Source of the DNA: a virus
DNA length: 64,000 bases
Virus record (IMG/VR): IMGVR_UViG_3300027850_000003
Coordinates: 65,970-129,969 of that record
Direction: 5' to 3' (one strand)
Part shown: piece by piece, positions 20,017 to 29,000 of the stretch
How positions within the stretch are numbered: the stretch's first letter is position 1
How the letters are laid out: every line of letters starts with the position of its first letter
Made by a program: the position numbers and the translations under genes
Notes under the pieces: generated by a model
What the model was told of the DNA's origin: nothing
The model's database searches: none
What the model saw: only the letters and a program-made list of their open reading frames with translations

Positions 20017-20778
20017 ATGACAATCGAAAAATTTCAATCAACCTTTATTGGTGTTGGTGAATTAAAAATGAGGAGAGTAAAGGATAATCTTGTTTATCAC
20101 TTGCCTACTCCTATGAATATGGTAGTTGAACCTGGAAAGAATGAACGAATTCTTATGGGTAGAAATAAGTTAGGTAGACGAGTAGAGGTTGCCTCCTTCA
20201 TTGATGCAGAGAACCCTGTACTTAATATCTCTTATGGGGTAGTTCAACCTGAGTTACTACAATTTAGACTGGGAAATTACTTTGAAACTGTTACTAAGGA
20301 TCTCTATTTACCTACCTTCTTTGACTTAGCTAGTGGTGGGACTTTTCCTGCTGTTCAAGCTCCTTCATTAGGTCACTCAGTAATTAACGGAGCAGATGCT
20401 ATTGCGTCTATTAAACGTCCAGATGGAACCTCTCAGGCTTTAGTAGAAGGACCAGATTTTACTATTGGTGCTGGTGGACAAGTAACATTCTCTGCTGCTC
20501 TAGTAGCTGCTAAAGAGACGGTATCAATGCTTATTCCTTATAATGTCACTGGACTAGGAATTGGTTCGGAAATGATTGGTAGACATGAAGTAGTAGCCAC
20601 TATTATTGACTCAGAAGGTTATGTATGGTTCTTTCATGCACCTAATGCTAAGCCGTCCGCTGCTGGAGGTTCTATTGATTTTAGTGCTGAGTCTTTTGAT
20701 TTACAACTGAAACTATATAACTCTGGTGGATGTCAACCGTTTACTTTGATTAAGAGTTCTGATAAGGTTTCTTGTTAA
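20017..20778 (+). CDS. Major tail (tube) protein (putative)
   Basis: FIGVGELK N-terminus, beta-rich, synteny, A-rich leader like that of the capsid gene. Confidence 0.65.
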   Translation: MTIEKFQSTFIGVGELKMRRVKDNLVYHLPTPMNMVVEPGKNERILMGRNKLGRRVEVASFIDAENPVLNISYGVVQPELLQFRLGNYFETVTKDLYLPTFFDLASGGTFPAVQAPSLGHSVINGADAIASIKRPDGTSQALVEGPDFTIGAGGQVTFSAALVAAKETVSMLIPYNVTGLGIGSEMIGRHEVVATIIDSEGYVWFFHAPNAKPSAAGGSIDFSAESFDLQLKLYNSGGCQPFTLIKSSDKVSC

Positions 20779-20805
20779 ATTAGTTAAGAGATAAAGAGTT
20801 TATTA

Positions 20806-20859
20806 AGCTCCAACGTCTCTTATCTTACGAACGAGACTTTAAATATTTTGCTAGGTTCC
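20806..20859. repeat. Dispersed non-coding element, copy 1 (short form)
   Basis: Reverse complement matches 53220-53252 (31/33) and 53309-53324 (16/16). Confidence 0.85.
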
Positions 20860-20917
20860 TATTTTATTTAGTAGAATAGTGATAAGAGTATTACACGTTT
20901 AACTTTTGTACACTTAC

Positions 20918-20947
20918 TAGGGGTTCTGATAAAGAGCCTCTATTTTT
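20918..20947 (+). terminator. Intrinsic terminator after tail tube gene
   Basis: TAGGGGTTCT/AGAGCCTCTA stem plus T tract. Confidence 0.6.
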
Positions 20948-20990
20948 ATGTCTTTATTAGGAAGCATTCTTTTCTATTGACATAATTTCT

Positions 20991-21049
20991 CTGACATATT
21001 TTATAAAACTTGGAATTCAAATATAGCTATATATTTCAACTTTTATGTC
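20991..21049. repeat. 59-bp box left of helicase 1
   Basis: CTGACATA...TATGTC; 45/59 ungapped identity to 22936-22994. Confidence 0.85.
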
Positions 21050-21070
21050 AGATATATTTTTTTATCTACT

Positions 21071-21101
21071 TTGACATATTTATTGAAATTAGTGCTATAA
21101 T
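21071..21101 (+). promoter_or_regulatory. Sigma70-like promoter of helicase 1
   Basis: TTGACA-19 nt-TATAAT with extended TGn -10. Confidence 0.6.
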
Positions 21102-21128
21102 GAATATATTCTATAAAATGTGTCAACT

Positions 21129-22907
21129 ATGAAATGTCAAATCAACGCACCAATCGAAGCTTTATATGTTAGTAATTTCTTAGATGAGATTCCTAAAGGT
21201 ATAGTAAATAAAGGAGCTTGTGGAGTAGGAATGAGTTCTATTGCTCTTGAAGATAATTATCCTACTATAATAGCTGTTCCTACTATTGAAGTTATTAAAA
21301 ATAAAACTGCCCAATACCCAAATAACAGAAGGTTAGAATCTGTATTCGGTTATTACGCAGATATTAAAGAGAAAAATCTAATTCACTATGTTAAGTCTAC
21401 CACAGTTCCTAAAATCTTAGTTACTTATGACTCTTTCCATAGGGTAGCTAAATTAGTAGATAAGAATAAATATCGAGTAGTAGTGGATGAATTCTCTGAT
21501 TTGTTAGATGCTTATAGCTATAGAGAAAAAGCTATTGAACATTTACTTACCTCAGTTCAAGAGTTTGATTATGTTAGCTATATCTCAGCTACTCCACTTA
21601 AAGAAGAGTATTATCCTGAAGCTCTTAAAAACCTTAATGAGTATGAGATAGTTTGGCAAGGTACAGTCAAAATTAAAGTTGAAAGAAAGAAAACTAATAA
21701 ACCTTATAAAGCTGCTTGTAATATTATCGACAGTTATCGAGCTGGAGGGGGAGAAGGATTATTGATGCCTAATGGTCACTATTCAAAAGCTGCTTATTTT
21801 TTTGTTAATTCAGTAAATTCAATTGCTAATATTCTAGAAGCTTCTGATTTAAATCCAACTGATGCAAGAGTTATTTGTGCTAATAACGAAGTGAATCAAA
21901 AAAAGCTAGAAAATTATCCAATAGAAACTGCTTTAGCTCCTGAGAAGAAGTTCAATTTTATTACTAGCACTGCTTTCAAAGGATGTGACTTTTACTCTGA
22001 GACTGGAGTTACTTATATTATTAGTAACACTTCTAACAGTAATACATTAATCTCGATTGATACGGATGTTAAACAAATAGCGGGTAGAATTCGTAACGCT
22101 AATAATCCTTTCAACAATCACATTTATCACATTTACAATACTGATAATTCATTACTATCTGCTGAGAATTTTGAGAAATTAGTACAAAAGAAAATAAAAG
22201 CTACTAACTCTATTATTTCAATGTTTTATAAAGGGAACGAAGATGAACGAGCTATTTGGTTAGAGAATTATTATTTGAAAGCTAAATGTAGATTTAGAGA
22301 TGACGACTATACTTATCTAACTGAAGAAGGAGATATTATTTTCAATGATTATGCGGTTCTAAATGATAAAAGAAGATGGGAAGTTTCTAGTAATGTTTAT
22401 CGAGATGGAGTGTCTATTAGACAAGCTTATATTGATGCTGGATGTTTTGATATTTCTACTTTCCAAGACTTTGAGAAGATTGAAGATGATGGGTTTCTTA
22501 GCAAACTTACTAATGGTAGTTTTAAAGAATATTGTCAGAGGTATATCAATAACTCAGATGAAAGACTTTATATTGGGGATAGATTCCCTGTTATTAAAGA
22601 AGCTTTTACTAAATTAGGTGAAGCTAGGATGAAAGCTCTTAGCTATAATGCCCAAAGATTTTTAGCTGAAATGCAAGCTACTTCGGATACTACAAAGAAC
22701 TACATAATTAAAGAATTAAAAGCGAATCTTAAAGTAGGGGAGGAATATGTCTTATCTGATATTAAGGGTTTACTCAATAGTCTTTACTATAAAGTAGGAA
22801 TCAAAAAGAAAGCTAAAGCTACTGAAATTGATAATTACCTTGAAGTTGAGAAACGACAGAGACGAGTAAATGGAGTTCTTAAAAACATGATCGTAATCAT
22901 TAAGTAA
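21129..22907 (+). CDS. SF2 helicase-like protein, paralog 1 (origin-binding-like architecture)
   Basis: NKGACGVGMS, VVVDEFS, SATP, QIAGRIR; ATG at 21129 preferred over GTG at 21120. Confidence 0.8.
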   Translation: MKCQINAPIEALYVSNFLDEIPKGIVNKGACGVGMSSIALEDNYPTIIAVPTIEVIKNKTAQYPNNRRLESVFGYYADIKEKNLIHYVKSTTVPKILVTYDSFHRVAKLVDKNKYRVVVDEFSDLLDAYSYREKAIEHLLTSVQEFDYVSYISATPLKEEYYPEALKNLNEYEIVWQGTVKIKVERKKTNKPYKAACNIIDSYRAGGGEGLLMPNGHYSKAAYFFVNSVNSIANILEASDLNPTDARVICANNEVNQKKLENYPIETALAPEKKFNFITSTAFKGCDFYSETGVTYIISNTSNSNTLISIDTDVKQIAGRIRNANNPFNNHIYHIYNTDNSLLSAENFEKLVQKKIKATNSIISMFYKGNEDERAIWLENYYLKAKCRFRDDDYTYLTEEGDIIFNDYAVLNDKRRWEVSSNVYRDGVSIRQAYIDAGCFDISTFQDFEKIEDDGFLSKLTNGSFKEYCQRYINNSDERLYIGDRFPVIKEAFTKLGEARMKALSYNAQRFLAEMQATSDTTKNYIIKELKANLKVGEEYVLSDIKGLLNSLYYKVGIKKKAKATEIDNYLEVEKRQRRVNGVLKNMIVIIK

Positions 22908-22935
22908 ATTAGTAGAGGAGCCTTAAAACTCCTCA

Positions 22936-22994
22936 CTGACATATTTTATTAAATCTCTATATCATATTAAGGTAAATATTTCATTTTTTATGTC
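22936..22994. repeat. 59-bp box right of helicase 1
   Basis: Direct repeat of 20991-21049. Confidence 0.85.
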
Positions 22995-22999
22995 TTTGA

Positions 23000-23200
23000 G
23001 ATAGTGAAGTTAAAAAATTATTTAGTGGGAAATCTGGTTTTTACTTATCTAAGGATATAAAAATTATACTGAGTTATCTTTATAAAAATTTAGGAGTGGA
23101 TAAGAAAGCTAAAGCTAATGATATAGAACCTGTTTTAAACGTTAAAGCTACTGCAAAAAAGATAAATAAAAAGACTGTAGTAGGTTACGAGTTGATATAG
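23000..23200 (+). pseudogene. Start-less remnant of the helicase C-terminal domain
   Basis: FYLSKDIKIILSYLYKNLGVDKKAKANDI..KINKKTVVGYELI* aligns with the C-terminus of 53441..55123; in-frame TGA at 22997. Confidence 0.8.
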
Positions 23201-23386
23201 AAGTAACCTCTATTTTATATCTATCTTTAATTTATAGAATGACTTATTCCCTTTTATTTTAAAAGCTATCCTATTCTTAGGAAAGTTAGAAGAAAAAAGG
23301 GGATTAATGTCAATAGTACCAAAACATAATGTTGATAAAATGTTTCAATCATGAGGTAATTGAGTTATTCTTCAATTAAATTAAAA

Positions 23387-23460
23387 TGACCCTGGTAGAA
23401 GTCGAATCTACAACATCCAAATTAGAAGTTTGGTACTCTGTCCAGTTGAGTTACAGGATC
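23387..23460 (-). tRNA. tRNA-Arg (anticodon UCU), no encoded CCA
   Basis: Cloverleaf: GATCCTG/CAGGGTC acceptor, ACTC/GAGT D-stem, CCAAA-CTTCTAA-TTTGG, GTAGA-TTCGACT-TCTAC. Confidence 0.92.
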
Positions 23461-23525
23461 GTTATTAAATACTAACATATTATTGAGGTAACTAGATTAT
23501 TCTAATTACCTCTTTTTATTATCTC

Positions 23526-23636
23526 TTACTTATTAGTATCTTTTTTAGGTTTTTCAGGAATATAAACTTTTATACTTACTTTTTTTCCTTTGTCATCTTC
23601 AGTAATCCACTCAGCATCTGGCTTTTGATCATTCAT
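23526..23636 (-). CDS. Possible 36-aa peptide
   Basis: MNDQKPDAEWITEDDKGKK...; short, not in ORF track. Confidence 0.3.
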   Translation of the reverse strand: MNDQKPDAEWITEDDKGKKVSIKVYIPEKPKKDTNK

Positions 23637-23686
23637 AGTTTTTGTCTCTTTATTATACTTTTATTATACTTCTTCTAAACGAGTTC

Positions 23687-24172
23687 TTACGAGTTAAATT
23701 TTCCGCCGTTAATATCCTCCATAATAGAAAGATAACTACTTAAATTATCTTTAGGAGTAATAGTAGTAGTACCAGTAAACTCTTTTCCATTGAACCAGAA
23801 ATAAGGAATTCTTAACTTCTCAACAAACTCCATTTCTTTTTTAGTTGAGTAACCAATATAATTAGTCTCATCTGTCACTATTACTGCTGCGTTAGACTGA
23901 TATATTTTATAGTAGTGAAGCATTTTTACTTGATCATAGTCTCTTGTTAAAGTATCAGTACCATATAAATCAAAGGAATGACCCCAACTCCCACACATAG
24001 TTATTATCCAATTTTTAAAAGTAAGTAGCTTGTTAACTCTCATAGCTTGGAAGAAGTATTTAGTAGAACCACACAATACTACGTTCCCTGAGCCTTGAGT
24101 AAAGAATTCATCGGAGGTATAGTTAGTCATATTCTTCAGTCCTATTGAGTACAAAACGAGGTTAAATAACAT
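23687..24172 (-). CDS. Hypothetical Rossmann-like protein (nucleoside deoxyribosyltransferase-like fold, tentative)
   Basis: VVLCGSTKY..LHYYKI..YIGYSTKKEM. Confidence 0.45.
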   Translation of the reverse strand: MLFNLVLYSIGLKNMTNYTSDEFFTQGSGNVVLCGSTKYFFQAMRVNKLLTFKNWIITMCGSWGHSFDLYGTDTLTRDYDQVKMLHYYKIYQSNAAVIVTDETNYIGYSTKKEMEFVEKLRIPYFWFNGKEFTGTTTITPKDNLSSYLSIMEDINGGKFNS

Positions 24173-24221
24173 TCTAACATGATAGAGTATAATTAAGTAG
24201 TAAAAGTAAACGATAAATAGT

Positions 24222-24305
24222 ATGCATCAAAGAATATGTAGTTGGAGTAATAGTGCTGGATTTGCTAGAAAACTAAGAAGTGATAAAGGAAGAAAAAGAA
24301 AATGA
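24222..24305 (+). CDS. 27-aa leader peptide, or frameshifted N-terminus of the next gene
   Basis: MHQRICSWSNSAGFARKLRSDKGRKRK*, ATGA overlap with 24302. Confidence 0.5.
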   Translation: MHQRICSWSNSAGFARKLRSDKGRKRK

Positions 24306-24694
24306 ATAGACGTGACTTTCTAAAATTAGGCTCATCAACAATTAGAAAACAAGCTACTTCCATTCCCTCTGAAATAGCTAAAGTTTCTAAAAATACTGTT
24401 GGTAATCTAATGGAATATGACAAAACAGTAAAAGCAATTAAGACTGACGGTAACAAAGTTATTAATAGAGGTTCTTTTTTAAGTAAAGCTAAGAAAAAAA
24501 TAAGTTCATTATTAATACGAAACCCTAAAGAGACTACTTATTTAGCTAAAAAAGGAGCAGGAACTATGTTAAACGCTACTAAAACTGCCTCTAACCCAGT
24601 AGGTGCAGCCCTTAAATTAGATGGTAGAAAGTTAGGTAAAATTGGTAAGTTCCTTAGTAAATTTAGAGCTAATAATAACTTGACGAGGTTTTAA
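24302..24694 (+). CDS. Basic protein beginning NRRDFLK
   Basis: 130 aa, K-rich. Confidence 0.6.
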   Translation: MNRRDFLKLGSSTIRKQATSIPSEIAKVSKNTVGNLMEYDKTVKAIKTDGNKVINRGSFLSKAKKKISSLLIRNPKETTYLAKKGAGTMLNATKTASNPVGAALKLDGRKLGKIGKFLSKFRANNNLTRF

Positions 24695-24803
24695 TATTCT
24701 TAGGGTCTAAAAGCTTTTACTATAACACTTAAGAGAACCAAAAAGAATTAGACTTAATACTTGGAATCAGTTTAAACAGTTCAGTTAAAATATGCGACAA
24801 ATT

Positions 24804-25244
24804 TCATATCCCTAACTTCTGAGCTGATAAATAAGATAGTAAACCGCAAGACCAAGAGAACATAGCAAAATCCATTATTTCTCTTAAGTCTAAATTTAAA
24901 TCATTAGGGTTAAGAATGAATAATAGATATACTAAATATCCACTCCAACATCCTTTACAAAATGGACAAGCTAATAGTTTCTCTAATGTCTTATATAATC
25001 CGAACCAATAAATATTAGGTTTCTCATTAGTAGTATAGACTATGAGATTAGTATTATTACTTTGGGTTTTCTTAGTAGATAGTTCAAATTGTTCTTTTGT
25101 CCATAAGAGTAATTTTTGCCATAGTAGTCCAGTTATCTTATAATCAAATAGTAGAAATCGAGAAGATATAGCATAAAGAAATAATAATGCTATATTATGA
25201 GAAGGTAAGTTAAAAGAATAATAATCCATAATGAAAAATTTCAA
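24804..25244 (-). CDS. Membrane protein with CPFC motif (DUF1360-like, tentative)
   Basis: LLACPFCKGCWSG plus hydrophobic segments. Confidence 0.5.
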   Translation of the reverse strand: MKFFIMDYYSFNLPSHNIALLFLYAISSRFLLFDYKITGLLWQKLLLWTKEQFELSTKKTQSNNTNLIVYTTNEKPNIYWFGLYKTLEKLLACPFCKGCWSGYLVYLLFILNPNDLNLDLREIMDFAMFSWSCGLLSYLSAQKLGI

Positions 25245-25698
25245 AGTTAAAGTACAAAGTTCAATTTACAATCCTGAGACTGATTCGACTTCTTTAGTTA
25301 CTAATAAAGTATATATTATTCAACGAGTAGTTAGGAGTGAGTTAGACACTATTATCCAATTACATAAAGAGGTTCTTATTAGGTTTTTAGATACTGATGC
25401 TAATATGGGAGAGTTTATCCGTAATAATGAGTCATGGGAATTACTTAAGACTTTAGCTAAAAATTTAAATATTTTAGGACAGAAAGAGAAAGGATTTGAT
25501 TTAGAAGAAATTGCAGATGACTTAGAGCAAATTTGCCAAATATTTATTTCTCAAAGTATGAGTGATGAGGGAGTGCTAGATTTAGAAGAAGGATGGAAAC
25601 CGTCTCTCTTAGCAGATTTACATAAACTAGATTTTCCTTTATATATGAGAGAAGCTATAAAAAAGTACCAGGAGAAGAGGGAAGAAAAGAAAGAGTAA
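25231..25698 (+). CDS. Tail assembly chaperone (gpG-like)
   Basis: Upstream of tape measure; slippery A-AAA-AAG at 25659-25665. Confidence 0.7.
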   Translation: MKNFKVKVQSSIYNPETDSTSLVTNKVYIIQRVVRSELDTIIQLHKEVLIRFLDTDANMGEFIRNNESWELLKTLAKNLNILGQKEKGFDLEEIADDLEQICQIFISQSMSDEGVLDLEEGWKPSLLADLHKLDFPLYMREAIKKYQEKREEKKE

Positions 25699-26012
25699 AA
25701 TTATCTGCTCCTCTACCTAGTTCTGGTGATAGTTCTATTGACCAATTAGCTTTTCTCTTAGAAGTTTATAAAGAATATCCAATTAATCCAGTTAGAGATT
25801 TATGGGAGAAATTAGATAGTATCTCTTTAGATTTACTAATTAATCAGACTCTTGAACATCATAGACCTCAAGAAGAAAGAAATAGAGAATTTGCAGTAGA
25901 GCTAGGAGAGAAGTTTAAGCAGGAGAAAGGAGATTCTTCTATCATTACTATAAATAATGGTAAACAAGTATCTGCCAACGATTTTATGAATTTTAAATTT
26001 GATAGTAATTAA
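25659..26012 (+). CDS. -1 frameshift extension of tail chaperone (gpT-like)
   Basis: -1 frame open from the slippery site to TAA at 26010, 2 nt before the tape measure ATG. Confidence 0.75.
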   Translation, partial: KKVPGEEGRKERVKLSAPLPSSGDSSIDQLAFLLEVYKEYPINPVRDLWEKLDSISLDLLINQTLEHHRPQEERNREFAVELGEKFKQEKGDSSIITINNGKQVSANDFMNFKFDSN

Positions 26013-26014
26013 TA

Positions 26015-29000
26015 ATGGATACCAGTAGCAATATTAAGTTTAACGTTGAGGGGGATGATAAGTTCTCTAAATTTCTAGAAAAAACTCAGAAGTCATTAAA
26101 AGAACTAAGTGAAAAGACTCTTAAAACTTTTAGTGCAGGGTTTAAATCATCTTCTGCTGAGATTACTAATAGTCAAAAAGCAGTAGAAAAGTTATTAGTT
26201 GAATATAATAAGCTCTCTAAGAATACTCTCACTTTAAATAAAGCAACTCAGACATTAACTAAAAGTTTTGGGTTAGCTTTTGCTGCTTTTGGTGCTTATA
26301 CTAATGTTATTCAGGCTAAGGCATATTTTGATGTAGTTTTAGGTGGGGTTTTAGAAATTCGAGAAGCTCTTGAAAAGACAGGTCGAGGGTTAAACTTAAT
26401 GGCTGCTAGCGGATACGATGCAGCTCCTCTAGTAAATACTTTTGGAGAAATAGCAGCAGTAATAACAGGTAATCAAGAAGCTATTGAGAACTTCACTACT
26501 AAATCTACTTTAGCTTTTAACTCGTTTGAACAAAAACTAAATGAAGTAAATATTGTATTTGGTTTATCAAAAGAAAGGTTATCGGAATATGGAGATGCAC
26601 TACAAAATGGATTAGAAAAGAATCTAAAGAATAGTGTATCTTCGCTTACAGCATTAAACGCTGCATATCAAGCTGCTTCTGGTGGGTTTACTGAGTTTCA
26701 ACAAAACCAAGATGTAGTGAATCTAGCAATTAAAGCTAATAAAGCTGCTCCTGGTAGTGACCTATACCAGCTTGGGGGTGCTATTAGTAAAGGTGCTGGA
26801 CTATTAGAAACTAAAGATGTTAAAGAATTAGAAGTTGTTACTGCTAAATGGTTAGCCACTGAACAGTTAGGTTTAACTACTGTAGGAGAAATGACTGAAT
26901 ATCTTACTGGTATGTATTCAGCTCTTAAAAATGCAGGTGTAGGTACTAATAAATTAGTAGATGAGACTCAAGGCTTAGTAGTAGCTTTTACTAAGTTAGG
27001 TGCTAAAGTTCCAGAGATTACTACTCAGATGGAAGCTTTTAGTAGAAATACTATTAGCAAAACTCCTGAAGCACAAAAAGCATTAGAAGGTTTAGTTGAT
27101 GCTCAAGGTAAAGCGATTACTCTTAACCAAGAATATTTTAAAGATAAAGGAATAGTTCAAGGTATATTAGATTTTGCAGAAGCAGTAGGATATAACACTG
27201 AGAAGATTAAAGAAGTCTATAACGAGACTAATGCTTTCAACTTTGCAATGAAAGTGTTAGCTCAGAATGGTAAATTAGCTAAAGACTCAATTGAGAGTAT
27301 TAGTAAAGTTACTTCTGAAAATTTAACTGAAGCTTTTGACTCTGCTACTTCTTCCTCTCAAGCTAAGATGGAACAAATCACTAACTCCTATGATGAGATT
27401 ATGATTTCTTTTGGTAAAGCTTTTAAACAAAGAAGTCAAGAAGGAATTGAATCTGTAGAGATTTATAAAAAATTATTAGTTACATTTAAAGACCCTCTTA
27501 TTAAAATAGCGGAGACATCTATTGCTGTTTTCGATAATATTAGTAAAGTTACAGGAGTGTTAGGAGCAGTAGCTAAGACAATTATTAGTATTGGAGGTAG
27601 TCTGCTTAGCTTCAAAGCTTTTGGTTTAATTCTTGGTGGATTAACTAATGGTTTCAAAGATTTAAGAAAAGAAAGCTCAGTAATTAAAGACCTTTACACT
27701 TCTAATCAAGGTTTAGTAGCTATTGGTAAACAGGTATTAGGAATAGACCAACAAAAACTACTAAGTCAAGACAGAATTAATAAAGCAATTGCTAACTCAT
27801 CAACTTTAGAAAGAGAATTAACTAATTCAATAGGTAAGACTAATGAAGCAAGAGCATCGTCTATTACAGCAGTACAAAAAGAAATAGACGCAATAGTAGC
27901 TAGAGATAACTCAGTTATTAAAGGACAAGCTAATGTAGCTAAAATAGAGGAATCTCTTCAAAAGAAGCAAGATAAAAGTAGGGGGTTACAAGATCAAGTA
28001 GTAGAGACAGAAGGTACAGTATCAACTACTGAAAATCTTAAAAAAACTATTGATACTAAATTAGCTGACGATATTGGAAATGTTCAAAGATTTAAAAAAT
28101 TAGAAGAACTAAATGCTAAAGAATCTCTTATCAGACAAGGGGAAATTGGGGATAGAGAAAAAGCTCAACTAAAGCAAATCAACTCTGAAAAACTTAGATT
28201 AAATAACACTTATTCTAATACTACTTTAAATGAGTTAAAAGACTTAGAAAAGCAAAAAGATGTAATAAGAGCTAAAAGTAATAAGAGAGAAAAAGATTTT
28301 GTAGACTTAGCAAAACTTAGAACTAAAGAGTTAGAGGTATTAGCTAATGAAAAAGAGAAACAAAAAACTCGTACTCCACTAACAGATAAAGAAAAATCTA
28401 ATTTATCTAAAGCTAGCGCTGACCTAACAAATAAGATTAATCAGGAAGAATTAGTATTACTAAGTCAACGTCAGAAACTACAAGAAGCTAATAACTTAGT
28501 AGATAAGGAATCTGAAAAATTAAATAAAGCTAGAGTAAAAGAAACTGAAAATCTTAATAGAGTTACTAAAGCTACTACTGAGCTAGCAGTGCTACAACAA
28601 GATTTAAATACTAAAAAAACTACAAGTGATAGAGTCAATATTGCTACTGAAATTCAAAACCAGAAGCTTTACTCACTACAAAAAGATTTAAGGAAAGAGC
28701 AAAATACTCTTGATAAAATTAGAAATAAAGATAGTCAGGAATATCAACAACAATTACAAAAAATATCTAAATTACAGGAGCAAGAAGCTGCTCAACAATC
28801 TACTGTTCAAAAAGCTAGAACTACTCAACAGCTAGCACAAAAAGAGTATAACAAAGCTGATGTAGAAGCTAGAACTAAATTAAGAGAACTTACTAAACAA
28901 CAAGGCTTAGCTGAAGGTTCTTTAATAAGTTTAAAAACTAAATCAGGGGAAATTACTTTTAAAAATACTGCTTTTAATAGAGGAATAATCTCTTCAGTAG

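Noticed and set aside
20991-22994. 59-bp boxes as a CRISPR- or TIGR-like array
   Set aside because: Only two copies, 1.9 kb apart and flanking a gene; not a tandem repeat-spacer array
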